Positions 1 through 8,354 of a stretch of 32,000 bases of DNA are shown piece after piece (position 1 is the stretch's first letter; every line of letters starts with the position of its first letter). The notes beneath the pieces were generated by a model. It ran no database searches and was not told where the DNA came from. It saw nothing but the letters and a program-made list of their open reading frames with translations. The stretch is taken from positions 660,001 to 692,000 of the forward strand of contig OY970322.1 in assembly GCA_963716945.1 (NCBI GenBank). Direction: 5' to 3'. The position numbers were made by a program, and so were the translations under genes. Origin of the DNA: Candidatus Saccharimonadota bacterium. Its GTDB lineage: Bacteria; Patescibacteriota; Saccharimonadia; Saccharimonadales; UBA4665.

Positions 1-3000
1 AGTGCCATGATGTGCTGCCAGACGGCCGTGACCAGCCGTTTGAGCCGGTCGATGTCGGCTTGGTCCGGTGTGAACGATCTGGATAGCTGTTTCGGGTCTT
101 CGGCTTCCAGGTAGACCATCTGGCCGCCGGCCGTGCCGTACTGGCTAAAGCCGGGGTGCTGGCCGGCTAGCAGAGCGTAGAATGTCAGCTGGAGTTTTTG
201 GTTATGGGCCTTAATGACGCTGTTCTTATCTTTGGTGTCGAAGCTGGGCAGCGGTTTGCCGGTCTTATAGTCGATAATTGTCATCGAGTTGCCGGCTAAG
301 TCAACCCGGTCGAGTTTGCCCCGCAGCCGGGCCGGGCCGACGCGGACATCGCGCAGGTCCTGTTCCGGCAAACTACCCTTGGGCAATATGTACCCGTAGT
401 CTTTGAACAGCCTGTCCAGTACCTGCCTGCCCTGCTGCTCGAAACGCCGGTATTCGCTTGGTGCCAGTTGCTGGGCTTTCAGTGACGCCGTGAAGTCGCG
501 ACTGACCGCGGCCAGTTCGAACATATCTTTATTAATCAGTTTTTGGGCGGTTTCCATAGCGCTGTGCATGGCCGTGCCGTAAGCCAGGTTGACCGACTTG
601 GCTTCCGGCAGCCGGAGCAGGTTGCGTTCCTTGAAATACTGCGGGCCGCCCTTGCGCAAATTTAAGAAGTTAAGCAGGTGGGTAACGCTAAGGCTGTAAG
701 TTTCCAGACGGGCCTTGAGGATAGCCTGTTCTTGGCCGCCGTCAAGGGATGGCCAGCGCAGGTTCTCTTCAAGCACTTCGACCAGTTTGGTCTTGTCGGT
801 TTCAGCGATCTGCCTAATGTCAAACGCGCTTTGGATAATCGGACTGACGGCCACGTCTTTGCCGGCGTGGTCGAGGTGATAAGCGCTGACCGTAATCGAC
901 GATTTGGCCCGTGTCAGCGCTACGTACATCAGCCGCACGTAATCGTCCTGGTCGTCGCCGGCCGGCTGGAGCGGCAGGTTGGCCGGCGGTTTGCGGCCGC
1001 CGGCTTTGGGCCGCCAATTGTCTTCTATGGCGTCAATGACGTAAACACCGTCGAACTCCAGGCCTTTAGCCTTATGAACGGTTAGCAGCTGGACGGCCCG
1101 GTCACCGGTAATAAACGGCGATTCGTCAGCCACGACCAAGCCGTTGACACGGTTAATCTCGATGAAGCGAACCAGCTCGGCCAGGGTGGGCTCGCCGGTC
1201 TTGGCAAAATCATGGACCAAAGCCCGGAGCAGCTGTATGGCCGACAGGCTGTGGAAATAACGGCTGGCCAGTTCGGTACCGCCGCCGGCGAAGTAGTCTT
1301 TCAGCGGCGACCCGTAAGCCTTGCTCCGCCTGAGGCCGATTAAGTGTTCCAGCGTAATAGCCAGCGGCTGGTTGGCGGCCTGTCCGGCCAGCCAGACGAA
1401 CCATTCGCCGAGCTGCTTCAGTTCGGGACGGTCGCTGTCTAACAATGATTGCAGCCAGTCGCCGCGCTTATAATTGTCGGCTGCCAGCCGCCAAAGCACT
1501 GACGGCTCAATGTCCCACATCGGGTGGCGGATAATCTGGTGGATAAGCGCGTCGGCGGCCTGGTTGTCGCCGTCTTGGATCGCCTGCAGCAGCCGGGCTG
1601 CCAGATAAACCTGGTTAATCACCTCGTGCTCCAGGATGTTAGCCTGCTGCTCATAGCGTACCGGCACGCCGAGCTGCTGCAGGATACCGGCCATCTTGAT
1701 CAGGCTGTCATGGCCGCGGGCCAGCACGGCCAGCTCTCTTTCCGGCGTATAGGCGCCCTGGATATCGCGGGCGATTTGGCTGAGCTGCAGCTCGCGCGAG
1801 TTATAGCTGAGCGCCCTGATGGAGCCCTTGCCGGCCGGCGGGTTGGCGGCTACCAGGTCCTTGTTCAGGCCGGCATCCTGCTTTACCAGACGGTTTTCGG
1901 CCTGCTCAATCACTCTTTTGGAGCTGTCCAGCACGGCCTGCGTCGAGCGGTAGTTTTTTACTAATATGATACGTTTCGCGTCCGGGTAACGCCGCTTGAA
2001 GCCGAGCATGTTATTAAGTTCGGCGCCGCTGAATTTATAAATTGCCTGGTCGTCGTCGCCGACCACCATCAGATTGGGCTGACCGTCAAGGCTATGGTGG
2101 TCGGCTACTAAATGGGCCAGCCGCAGCTGGGCGGGCGTCGTATCCTGGAATTCGTCAATCAAGACATAGTTAAACTGTTCCTGAAGGTCGGCCAGGATTT
2201 CGGGGTTTTGCTCCAGCTGGGTGATAACCTCGACCAGCATGTCGGCATAGTCATAAAAACCGCGCTCGTGCATCTGCTGCAAGTAGTCGGCATAAACGCC
2301 GGCCAGTTCCAGCCACCAGCGGTTGCGGCGGCGCTCGTTAAACAGGCCTTTCCGGCCGGCTTCGGTCTGAAGCCAGCGCTTCTTCCAACTGCCGGTGTTG
2401 GCAGTCTTGCCGGTGTCCGCGTCGGCGGCGATGGCCTCGTCCAGGCTTTCCAGCAGAACTGTCGACAAAGACACCAAAGGGTAGACCAGCTCGTCGATCG
2501 GCTGCTGCGGCAAGGCGGCGACATCGGCCCGCACGGCTGCCAGGTGCTTGGCGGATAAGCGCGGCTCCAGGATTCCGGCCAGCGGCGCCTCGATTTCATC
2601 GAGGTAAGCCTGGTTAACGTCTATAATTGCCCGCAGCTTGGCTGCCGTCAGGCCGGCGTCCTTGGCCAGCCCGATGGCCCGCCGGATATCGCTGAGCAAG
2701 GTGTACTGGCCGGCAAACTTGAGGGCCAGCGGGTTATCCAGCGGCAACCGGCCGACAATCGATTCGATGACTTCCAGCTGTACCGAATCGGGCGCTACGC
2801 TCAAACGGGCGGCGTTCCAGAAGTAATCGGGGTAGAGGTTCATGATCTCGCCGGCAAAACTATGGAAAGTCTTAACCGGCAGCTTGCTGCTTTCCGGGCC
2901 GGCCAGCCGGATGATGCGCTCCTTCATATTGATGGCGGCCTTGTTGGTATAAGTCAGGCAAAGCACGTTCGCCGGCCTGGTATCGGTCGACCTCAAGATA

Positions 3001-3146
3001 TTGGCGACACGGGTGCTGAGCAGCTGGGTCTTGCCAGTACCGGGCCCGGCGACTACCAGCACCGGCCCTTCCAGGGCATCGACGGCCTGGCGCTGCTCGT
3101 CATTCAGCCGGCCGTAGTCGGCCTTAAACTTCTCATCCATACCCAT
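1..3146 (-). CDS. UvrD/PcrA-type SF1 helicase fused to a C-terminal PD-(D/E)XK (RecB/AddA-like) nuclease domain; the C-terminus lies beyond position 1
   Basis: Not in the supplied ORF track. Manual reverse-strand translation from ATG 3146 (second ATG at 3140) is uninterrupted down to position 3. It begins MGMDEKFKADYGRLNDEQRQAVDALEGPVLVVAGPGTGKTQ (Walker A). It also contains VLIDEFQDT (motif II), VKNYRST, TVHKAKGLEFD and YVALTRAK (motif VI). Near the C-terminus is the nuclease motif GKLDRVDL...TIIDYKTGK. Confidence 0.85.
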   Translation of the reverse strand, partial: MGMDEKFKADYGRLNDEQRQAVDALEGPVLVVAGPGTGKTQLLSTRVANILRSTDTRPANVLCLTYTNKAAINMKERIIRLAGPESSKLPVKTFHSFAGEIMNLYPDYFWNAARLSVAPDSVQLEVIESIVGRLPLDNPLALKFAGQYTLLSDIRRAIGLAKDAGLTAAKLRAIIDVNQAYLDEIEAPLAGILEPRLSAKHLAAVRADVAALPQQPIDELVYPLVSLSTVLLESLDEAIAADADTGKTANTGSWKKRWLQTEAGRKGLFNERRRNRWWLELAGVYADYLQQMHERGFYDYADMLVEVITQLEQNPEILADLQEQFNYVLIDEFQDTTPAQLRLAHLVADHHSLDGQPNLMVVGDDDQAIYKFSGAELNNMLGFKRRYPDAKRIILVKNYRSTQAVLDSSKRVIEQAENRLVKQDAGLNKDLVAANPPAGKGSIRALSYNSRELQLSQIARDIQGAYTPERELAVLARGHDSLIKMAGILQQLGVPVRYEQQANILEHEVINQVYLAARLLQAIQDGDNQAADALIHQIIRHPMWDIEPSVLWRLAADNYKRGDWLQSLLDSDRPELKQLGEWFVWLAGQAANQPLAITLEHLIGLRRSKAYGSPLKDYFAGGGTELASRYFHSLSAIQLLRALVHDFAKTGEPTLAELVRFIEINRVNGLVVADESPFITGDRAVQLLTVHKAKGLEFDGVYVIDAIEDNWRPKAGGRKPPANLPLQPAGDDQDDYVRLMYVALTRAKSSITVSAYHLDHAGKDVAVSPIIQSAFDIRQIAETDKTKLVEVLEENLRWPSLDGGQEQAILKARLETYSLSVTHLLNFLNLRKGGPQYFKERNLLRLPEAKSVNLAYGTAMHSAMETAQKLINKDMFELAAVSRDFTASLKAQQLAPSEYRRFEQQGRQVLDRLFKDYGYILPKGSLPEQDLRDVRVGPARLRGKLDRVDLAGNSMTIIDYKTGKPLPSFDTKDKNSVIKAHNQKLQLTFYALLAGQHPGFSQYGTAGGQMVYLEAEDPKQLSRSFTPDQADIDRLKRLVTAVWQHIMA

Positions 3147-3152
3147 ATTGTA
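3147..3152 (-). promoter_or_regulatory. candidate -10 box TACAAT abutting ATG 3146 and 6 nt upstream of ATG 3140
   Basis: Reverse strand reads GTATACAAT-ATGGGT-ATG. This suggests the second ATG (3140) could be a leaderless start for the helicase. Confidence 0.3.
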
Positions 3153-3181
3153 TACGGAAACAGATGTCGCCGGCTAATTAT

Positions 3182-4375
3182 TCAGGCCGCTTTGGCGGCG
3201 GCGCAAACTTCGCAGTTGTCATCGGTCGTAAATTCGGTCAGGAATTGCCTGGCGGCCTTGGGCCAGGGCTCCAGGTCATGGAAACCGATAATGTCGGCGG
3301 CTTCGCGGGTCAGCCAGCCCAGAACGCCTTTCAGGCGCAAATGCCGGCCTTGGACGACTGCCCAGTGCGGACCGGCCGGAATGACCGTAATCGGCTGGAT
3401 GGCGATGTAGCTTTTGAAAGGCTTGCCGGATGCCCGGCGGCGCAGGTTGTGGGCCACGAAATCGCCGTCGTGCAGAGCCGTCTGGGCCATGCCGCTAAAC
3501 GGCGTGTTGGCATTGTCGCCGATTATGAAAATATTCTCTTCGGCCTGCAAATAGGCGTCGACACCGACTTTGCCCCGTCCCATGATGACGAAGTTATTAT
3601 CTTTGAAAAACGGGTGGTTGGTGACACCGGCCGTCCAGACGACGGTGTGGCTGCGGATGGGCTTGCCGTTGACCGTCAGCTCGTCGGCCGTCTCGCCTTG
3701 GACGGCGCTGCCGACATAGAGTTTGACGCCCAGCTTCTTCAGCCGCCGGGCGACCCGGCGCGAAACGTCTTTGGGCATTCGGGGCAACAGGCGCGGCGCG
3801 GCTTCAATCAGGTCGACGTGGATGCGGCGGCCGCTGACACCGTGGTTCTTCATGATGTACCTGAGGTAACCCGGCAGGGCCCCCGCCAATTCGATGCCGG
3901 TCGGCCCGGCGCCGACGATGACATAATGCATGTCCGGGCGGTGCTCATCGGTTAGCTGCTGGTGAAGATGGGCCTTGAAGCGTTCGACTTCGGCCTGCGA
4001 CTTGATGCTGTAAGAATACTCGTCCAAACCGGTAATACCGAAGTAGTTGGTAACTACGCCGAGCCCGATAACCAGGCTGTCATAGCCATAAGACCGGCCG
4101 GCGGCAGTGGTGACCGTTTTGGCCTTGCGGTCGACCGTCGTGGCCGAGCCTTGGACCAGATTGACCGGCTTGCCAGCGAACAGGCTGGCCAGCGGCATAC
4201 TGGAATTAGCCCGGCGCCCGCCGGTAGCCGTATGAAACAGCGTCGGATAATAACGGAACTCGGTTTCTTCGCTGAGCAATGTCACTTCGAAGCGTTCGTC
4301 ATTGCCCAGCTCCAAAGCCGCCTTAACCCCGCCAAAACCGCCGCCTATGATTAGGACCCGTTCCTTTTTTGACAT
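3182..4375 (-). CDS. ndh: type II NADH:quinone oxidoreductase (NDH-2) / pyridine nucleotide-disulfide oxidoreductase
   Basis: 397 aa. Two dinucleotide-binding motifs (VLIIGGGFGGV near the N-terminus, YVIVGAGPTGIELAG mid-protein) plus IFIIGDNAN. This is the layout typical of NDH-2. Confidence 0.8.
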   Translation of the reverse strand: MSKKERVLIIGGGFGGVKAALELGNDERFEVTLLSEETEFRYYPTLFHTATGGRRANSSMPLASLFAGKPVNLVQGSATTVDRKAKTVTTAAGRSYGYDSLVIGLGVVTNYFGITGLDEYSYSIKSQAEVERFKAHLHQQLTDEHRPDMHYVIVGAGPTGIELAGALPGYLRYIMKNHGVSGRRIHVDLIEAAPRLLPRMPKDVSRRVARRLKKLGVKLYVGSAVQGETADELTVNGKPIRSHTVVWTAGVTNHPFFKDNNFVIMGRGKVGVDAYLQAEENIFIIGDNANTPFSGMAQTALHDGDFVAHNLRRRASGKPFKSYIAIQPITVIPAGPHWAVVQGRHLRLKGVLGWLTREAADIIGFHDLEPWPKAARQFLTEFTTDDNCEVCAAAKAA

Positions 4376-4394
4376 ATTGCTTATGATTATACAG
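4376..4394 (-). promoter_or_regulatory. candidate ndh promoter core CTGTATAATCATAAGCAAT directly abutting the ATG
   Basis: TATAAT (4386-4391) lies 10 nt upstream of the start codon. 16 of 19 positions are identical to the ABC exporter promoter core. Confidence 0.4.
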
Positions 4395-4420
4395 AGCCTG
4401 CCCGTCCAATACCAGGTGTC

Positions 4421-5500
4421 TTATTGAGCGGCCCCAAGGTCTTCTACGAGCTGCCGCGCCAAGCCGTTAATAATCTCCTGGGAGAAATTTTTGTCATACA
4501 GTTCCCGGCCGGCTCGGCCGATTTCCGCCATCTCTCCGGGGTGTTGGCAAGCCCACCTGACAGTCTCGGCAATCGCTTGGGCATCGGCCTGCGGCACCAT
4601 CAGGCAGTTAACTTTGTCATGAAAACTGCCGTTGACCCGGTTTTTGCCGACCAGCACCGGCGCGCCCATGGCCAGAAATTGGTAAGTCTTGCCGGTTATG
4701 ACGAATTGCGACTGCAAGGTATCGCCGAACGGTCCGCCGACACACAAGCCGGCTTCTAGGGCCGCCTGCGGCAATTCGTTGAACGGCAACCAGGCTTCGT
4801 GTTCTACTCTGGCGCCCCGGCTGGCGGCCGCGGCGCAGGCTGCGGCTACGGCACCCTGGTGCTTGCCGCCAACCAGGCGAAAGTTAATGTCCGGCCGGTC
4901 TTTCAGTAAGACGGCAGCCTCAAGCAGGTATGACAAGCCGTGCAAGGGCAGCATATGGCCGTAGTAAAAGACCGTGAACGGACGTTTCTTTGCCGGCCCG
5001 GGCTGCCGAGGGTAAAAAACCGCTTCGTCGGTTCCGACCGGCACGGTCCGGTAGCGTCCGCCGTCCAACCGGTTGAGCTGCGCCGAATAACGGGCGTGGG
5101 CATCGGTGTCTGCCAGGATAAAGCGGGCATGGCCGGCCAAACCGCCATACCACCGCCGGAACAGCCGGTAGCGCAACGTGCCGGGCTTCAAGCGTCCATG
5201 CTCCTCCATCCACTCGGTAAAATTTACCAGCTCGTCAAAGACGACCGGTTTACGGACAAACGTCAGGACCATGAACAGCAGCATTTCGTAGCCGCGGAAA
5301 GTAATCACATAGACATCGGGCTTTTGCGTCAACCGGGCGCCTATAATCTTGGCCGGCACCTCAAAGAAACGCATAAAGCCGGTTCGCCGGTTGCGGATAA
5401 TGATGGTTTCGACTCCCGGCACGGACCCGAAAGCCGTCCGCAGGCTGCGGGCCCGGACATAGTCGTTTTGTTTATAACAGGTAATTATGGCGATCTTCAC
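4421..5500 (-). CDS. GT-B fold glycosyltransferase (GT1/GT4-like)
   Basis: 359 aa with a GTG start. The C-terminal half resembles the Glycos_transf_1 nucleotide-sugar binding region (GKTYQFLAMGAPVLVGKNRVNG...CLMVP...AIAETV). Family assignment is by recollection only. Confidence 0.65.
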   Translation of the reverse strand: MKIAIITCYKQNDYVRARSLRTAFGSVPGVETIIIRNRRTGFMRFFEVPAKIIGARLTQKPDVYVITFRGYEMLLFMVLTFVRKPVVFDELVNFTEWMEEHGRLKPGTLRYRLFRRWYGGLAGHARFILADTDAHARYSAQLNRLDGGRYRTVPVGTDEAVFYPRQPGPAKKRPFTVFYYGHMLPLHGLSYLLEAAVLLKDRPDINFRLVGGKHQGAVAAACAAAASRGARVEHEAWLPFNELPQAALEAGLCVGGPFGDTLQSQFVITGKTYQFLAMGAPVLVGKNRVNGSFHDKVNCLMVPQADAQAIAETVRWACQHPGEMAEIGRAGRELYDKNFSQEIINGLARQLVEDLGAAQ

Positions 5501-5558
5501 TGTAGCCCTAGTTTAACAAAGTCTCTTGCATTTAAGGCCCCAAAGCCCTTAAGCTTAG

Positions 5559-7226
5559 GTGATGGATGAAATAACCGCCGGCTTGAAAAAGGCCGGCTTC
5601 AAGGGTGAAACCGACAGCTCGCCGGCAACGCTTGACCTCTACAGCCACGATGCCTCGATGTTTGAGCTGCGGCCTAAGCTGGTCGTCAAGCCGGAGACCG
5701 CCAAGGACGTCGAAAAACTTGTCAAACTGGTCGCCGCCGCCAAAAAGTCCCTGCCCGGCCTGAGCCTGACCGCCCGCAGCGCCGGTACCGACATGTCGGG
5801 CGGCGCGATTAACGACTCGATCATCGTCGATTTCCTGGAGCATTTTAAGAAGATCGAAAAAGTCACGTCGACTTCGGCCCAAGCCCAGCCGGGCGTCTTC
5901 TACCGCGATTTCGAGCCCCAAACGCTCAAGCACAAAGCCTTGATGCCGACTTACCCGGCTTCGCGCGACCTGGCCAGCATCGGCGGCATGGTCAACAATA
6001 ACTCCGGCGGTGAGAAGTCGCTCGAATTCGGCAAAACCGAAGATTTCGTGACCGAGCTTAAATTCGTGTTTGCCGACGGCATCGAGCGTACCGTCAAGCC
6101 GCTCAACAGGACCGAACTCAAGAAAAAAATGCAGCAAAAAGACTTCGAAGGCGAAGTTTATAACAAACTCTTCAAGCTGGTCGACGCGCACTATGACGAA
6201 ATCAAGGCCGCCAAGCCGCACGTCACCAAGAACTCCACCGGCTACAACCTCTGGGACGTGTGGGACCGCGAGACCGGCATCTTCGACCTGACGAAGCTGA
6301 TTGTCGGCGCCCAAGGCACGCTTGGCTTCGTCACCGACATCCATTTCCGCCTGGTGCCGGCCCGGCCGCACTCGGGTTTGCTGGTGCTGTTCATGAAAGA
6401 TATCGACGACCTCGGCGAAGTCATTCCGGCCGTGCTCAAGTCCAAGCCGGCGACTTTCGAGTCGTTCGACGACGCGACGCTGTGGCTGTCAATCCGTTTC
6501 ATGCCCAGTTTCCTCAAGCTGCTCGGCTGGAAGCGTTTTATCCATCTGTTAATCACGCTAATTCCGGACGGTATCCAGTTGCTGCGCGGCATCCCCAAGC
6601 TGATCATGATGGTCGAATTCAACGGCGAAACCGAGGACGAGGTCCGGGCCAAGGTCCATGCCCTGCATAGCGAGCTTAAAAAGCACCGCGCCCGTTACGA
6701 GATCAACGGTTTCGAAGAAGACCCGACCGAGGGCAAATCCGAGAAGTTCTGGATCATGCGCCGCTACAGCTTCCAGCTCCTCAGGAGCAAGGTCAAGGAC
6801 AAGCATACCGCGCCCTTCATTGACGATTTCGTCGTGCCGCCGCCGCACCTGACCGAATTCTTGCCGCAGCTGCGCCGAATTATCAAGAAATACAAACTGT
6901 TTGCGACCATCGCCGGCCACATGGGCGACGGCAATTTCCATGTCATCCCGCTGATGAAGCTCGAAGACCCGGCAGACCGGGCCAAGCTATTGCCGGCCAT
7001 GAAGGCCGTCAACAACCTGGTCCTGAAATACCACGGCTCGCTCTCCGGCGAACACAACGACGGCCTGGTCCGCGGCCCGTGGCTGAAAATGATGTACGGC
7101 CCGCGGATGCTCAAAATTTTCCGCGAAGCCAAGGACATTATGGACCCGGACCATATCTTCAACCCGCACAAGAAAGCCACCGCCGATTGGGAGTACTCGT
7201 TCTCCCACATCCGCGACCATTTTTAG
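5559..7226 (+). CDS. FAD-linked oxidase/dehydrogenase (PCMH/GlcD type; D-lactate or 2-hydroxyacid dehydrogenase-like)
   Basis: 555 aa. FAD-binding motif LTARSAGTDMSGGAI, GAQGTLGFVTDIHFRLVP, and C-terminal GSLSGEHNDGLVRG and DPDHIFNPHK. The start is GTG 5559 or, more likely, ATG 5562, which sits 6 nt after TAAGCT. Confidence 0.75.
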   Translation: MMDEITAGLKKAGFKGETDSSPATLDLYSHDASMFELRPKLVVKPETAKDVEKLVKLVAAAKKSLPGLSLTARSAGTDMSGGAINDSIIVDFLEHFKKIEKVTSTSAQAQPGVFYRDFEPQTLKHKALMPTYPASRDLASIGGMVNNNSGGEKSLEFGKTEDFVTELKFVFADGIERTVKPLNRTELKKKMQQKDFEGEVYNKLFKLVDAHYDEIKAAKPHVTKNSTGYNLWDVWDRETGIFDLTKLIVGAQGTLGFVTDIHFRLVPARPHSGLLVLFMKDIDDLGEVIPAVLKSKPATFESFDDATLWLSIRFMPSFLKLLGWKRFIHLLITLIPDGIQLLRGIPKLIMMVEFNGETEDEVRAKVHALHSELKKHRARYEINGFEEDPTEGKSEKFWIMRRYSFQLLRSKVKDKHTAPFIDDFVVPPPHLTEFLPQLRRIIKKYKLFATIAGHMGDGNFHVIPLMKLEDPADRAKLLPAMKAVNNLVLKYHGSLSGEHNDGLVRGPWLKMMYGPRMLKIFREAKDIMDPDHIFNPHKKATADWEYSFSHIRDHF

Positions 7227-7242
7227 GTTTAAAGAGGAACCA

Positions 7243-8274
7243 ATGTCTACCCCAAAGCAGCCGCTGGTTACTAGGCGACGCGTACAAGTAGCCCTGGGGC
7301 TGCTATGGCTATTGGATGGCGGCCTGCAGCTGCAGCACCAGATGTTCACCAGCAGTTTTGTTAATAACGTCATATCGCCTGCCGCCCAAGGCCAGCCACG
7401 AATCGTTAGCGGTCCTATGAGTTTTGGCATCCATTTGGTGCTTACGCACCCGGCTGTTTATGATACCTTTTTCGCACTTATACAGCTGGCTCTGGGCAGC
7501 TTCATTTTGTGGAGAAGGACGGCCCGGCCGGCACTTATGGCCTCCGTCGCCTGGGCTATGGCGGTGTGGTATATGGGCGAAGGCTTGGGCGGTTTGCTCG
7601 GTCTCCACACTCTTTTGCTGATGGGCGCACCGGGCGCGGTATTGCTTTACGCGGTCCTGGCGCTGGCCGTGCTGCCGCCGCGGAATCCTAAAAGTTCCGG
7701 CGAAATTCGTCCAGCCGCCTGGCTAGCTAAGTTCTGGGCCGTATTATGGGTGGGCGGCGCGATCTACCAGTTGCTGCCTGGTCAAAACACCACCGTCGAT
7801 ATGAGCTCAATGATTAGAGGTAACGCCGATGGAGCGCCAGGCTGGCTGGCCTCTCTAGACGGGCACGTGGCAAACGTGGTTCAGGGCATAGGCAGAAGTT
7901 CAAGCCAGACGGCAGCCCAAATGCATATGACGGCCGCCCAGATGGCGGCTATGCCTGCCCAGACAGGCCGCTCGTCAGGCCTGTGGTTTATACTCCTGCT
8001 GGCCGCCATCCAGGCGCTGATCGGTTTGGGCGCCTTGCTGCCCGGCTATGCCCGCAAGACGGCCGTAATGGCCGGCATCATAGTGTCATTGGGCTTTTGG
8101 GCCATCGGCCAAAGCTTCGGCGACTACTACTCCGGCACTGCTACCGATCCGAACGCGGCGCCGCTGTTTGTGCTTCTGGGACTTGCCCTACTGTCATCGG
8201 TCCAGCCGAGCTCCAAACCGCCGGCGGAGTCTCCGGCATCATTATTCGAACGTCTTGAAAGCAAGATCACATGA
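7243..8274 (+). CDS. uncharacterized polytopic membrane protein (about 8 TM) with a Met/Ala/Gln-rich loop
   Basis: 343 aa. GAGGA Shine-Dalgarno 5 nt upstream of the ATG. Starts 16 nt after the FAD oxidase stop. Has hydrophobic segments throughout. The loop QTAAQMHMTAAQMAAMPAQ is encoded at about 7918-7953. I recognise no family. Confidence 0.6.
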   Translation: MSTPKQPLVTRRRVQVALGLLWLLDGGLQLQHQMFTSSFVNNVISPAAQGQPRIVSGPMSFGIHLVLTHPAVYDTFFALIQLALGSFILWRRTARPALMASVAWAMAVWYMGEGLGGLLGLHTLLLMGAPGAVLLYAVLALAVLPPRNPKSSGEIRPAAWLAKFWAVLWVGGAIYQLLPGQNTTVDMSSMIRGNADGAPGWLASLDGHVANVVQGIGRSSSQTAAQMHMTAAQMAAMPAQTGRSSGLWFILLLAAIQALIGLGALLPGYARKTAVMAGIIVSLGFWAIGQSFGDYYSGTATDPNAAPLFVLLGLALLSSVQPSSKPPAESPASLFERLESKIT

Positions 8275-8310
8275 GCCGCGCCGGCCGGGTACAACCGCTA
8301 CAAAAACTGC

Positions 8311-8316
8311 TATAGT
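8311..8316 (+). promoter_or_regulatory. candidate -10 box (TATAGT) for the cyoABCDE operon
   Basis: The only TAnnnT-type box in the 80-bp gap upstream of cyoA. 38 nt upstream of the ATG. Confidence 0.3.
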
Positions 8317-8339
8317 AAGGGCAAGATGCTTGTCCTTAC
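8315..8339. promoter_or_regulatory. 25-bp imperfect palindrome GTAAGGGCAAG-ATG-CTTGTCCTTAC (candidate operator or 5' hairpin)
   Basis: 10 of 11 arm positions are complementary, and the eleventh would be G-U in RNA. It overlaps the candidate -10 box and the expected transcription start. Confidence 0.4.
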
Positions 8340-8354
8340 GCGTGGAGCAAGAAA

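Noticed and set aside
1-3146. The helicase-nuclease as part of an anti-phage defence system (Gabija GajB-like or similar)
   Set aside because: There is no partner ATPase, nuclease or other defence gene next to it in the window. Its upstream neighbour on the same strand is ndh. A fused UvrD plus RecB-type nuclease architecture is equally typical of housekeeping AddA/AdnB-type repair enzymes. The left flank is unseen, so this cannot be fully excluded.
678-3955. Plus-strand ORFs 678-1085, 1524-1964, 2112-2558, 2862-3410 and 3164-3955
   Set aside because: All are antisense to the helicase-nuclease (1-3146) or to ndh (3182-4375). None has recognisable motifs. The minus-strand frames carry complete catalytic motif sets.
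5532-6371. 279-aa minus-strand ORF
   Set aside because: It is antisense to the FAD-linked oxidase, whose plus-strand product has clear FAD-binding motifs. It also spans the divergent promoter region. I treat it as a shadow ORF.
7918-7953. Repetitive GCCCA(A/G)ATG units here, and ATGCCGGG(C/G)ATG units at about 9215-9250, as a possible tandem repeat or microsatellite
   Set aside because: They are short, imperfect and in frame. They simply encode the Met/Ala/Gln-rich and MPGM low-complexity peptide segments. I handle them at the protein level in the findings.
8315-8339. The hairpin as an intrinsic terminator for gene 7243-8274
   Set aside because: The stem is followed by GCGTGGAGC rather than a U-tract, and it overlaps the only -10-like box for cyoA. 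I kept it as a possible operator or structure instead.
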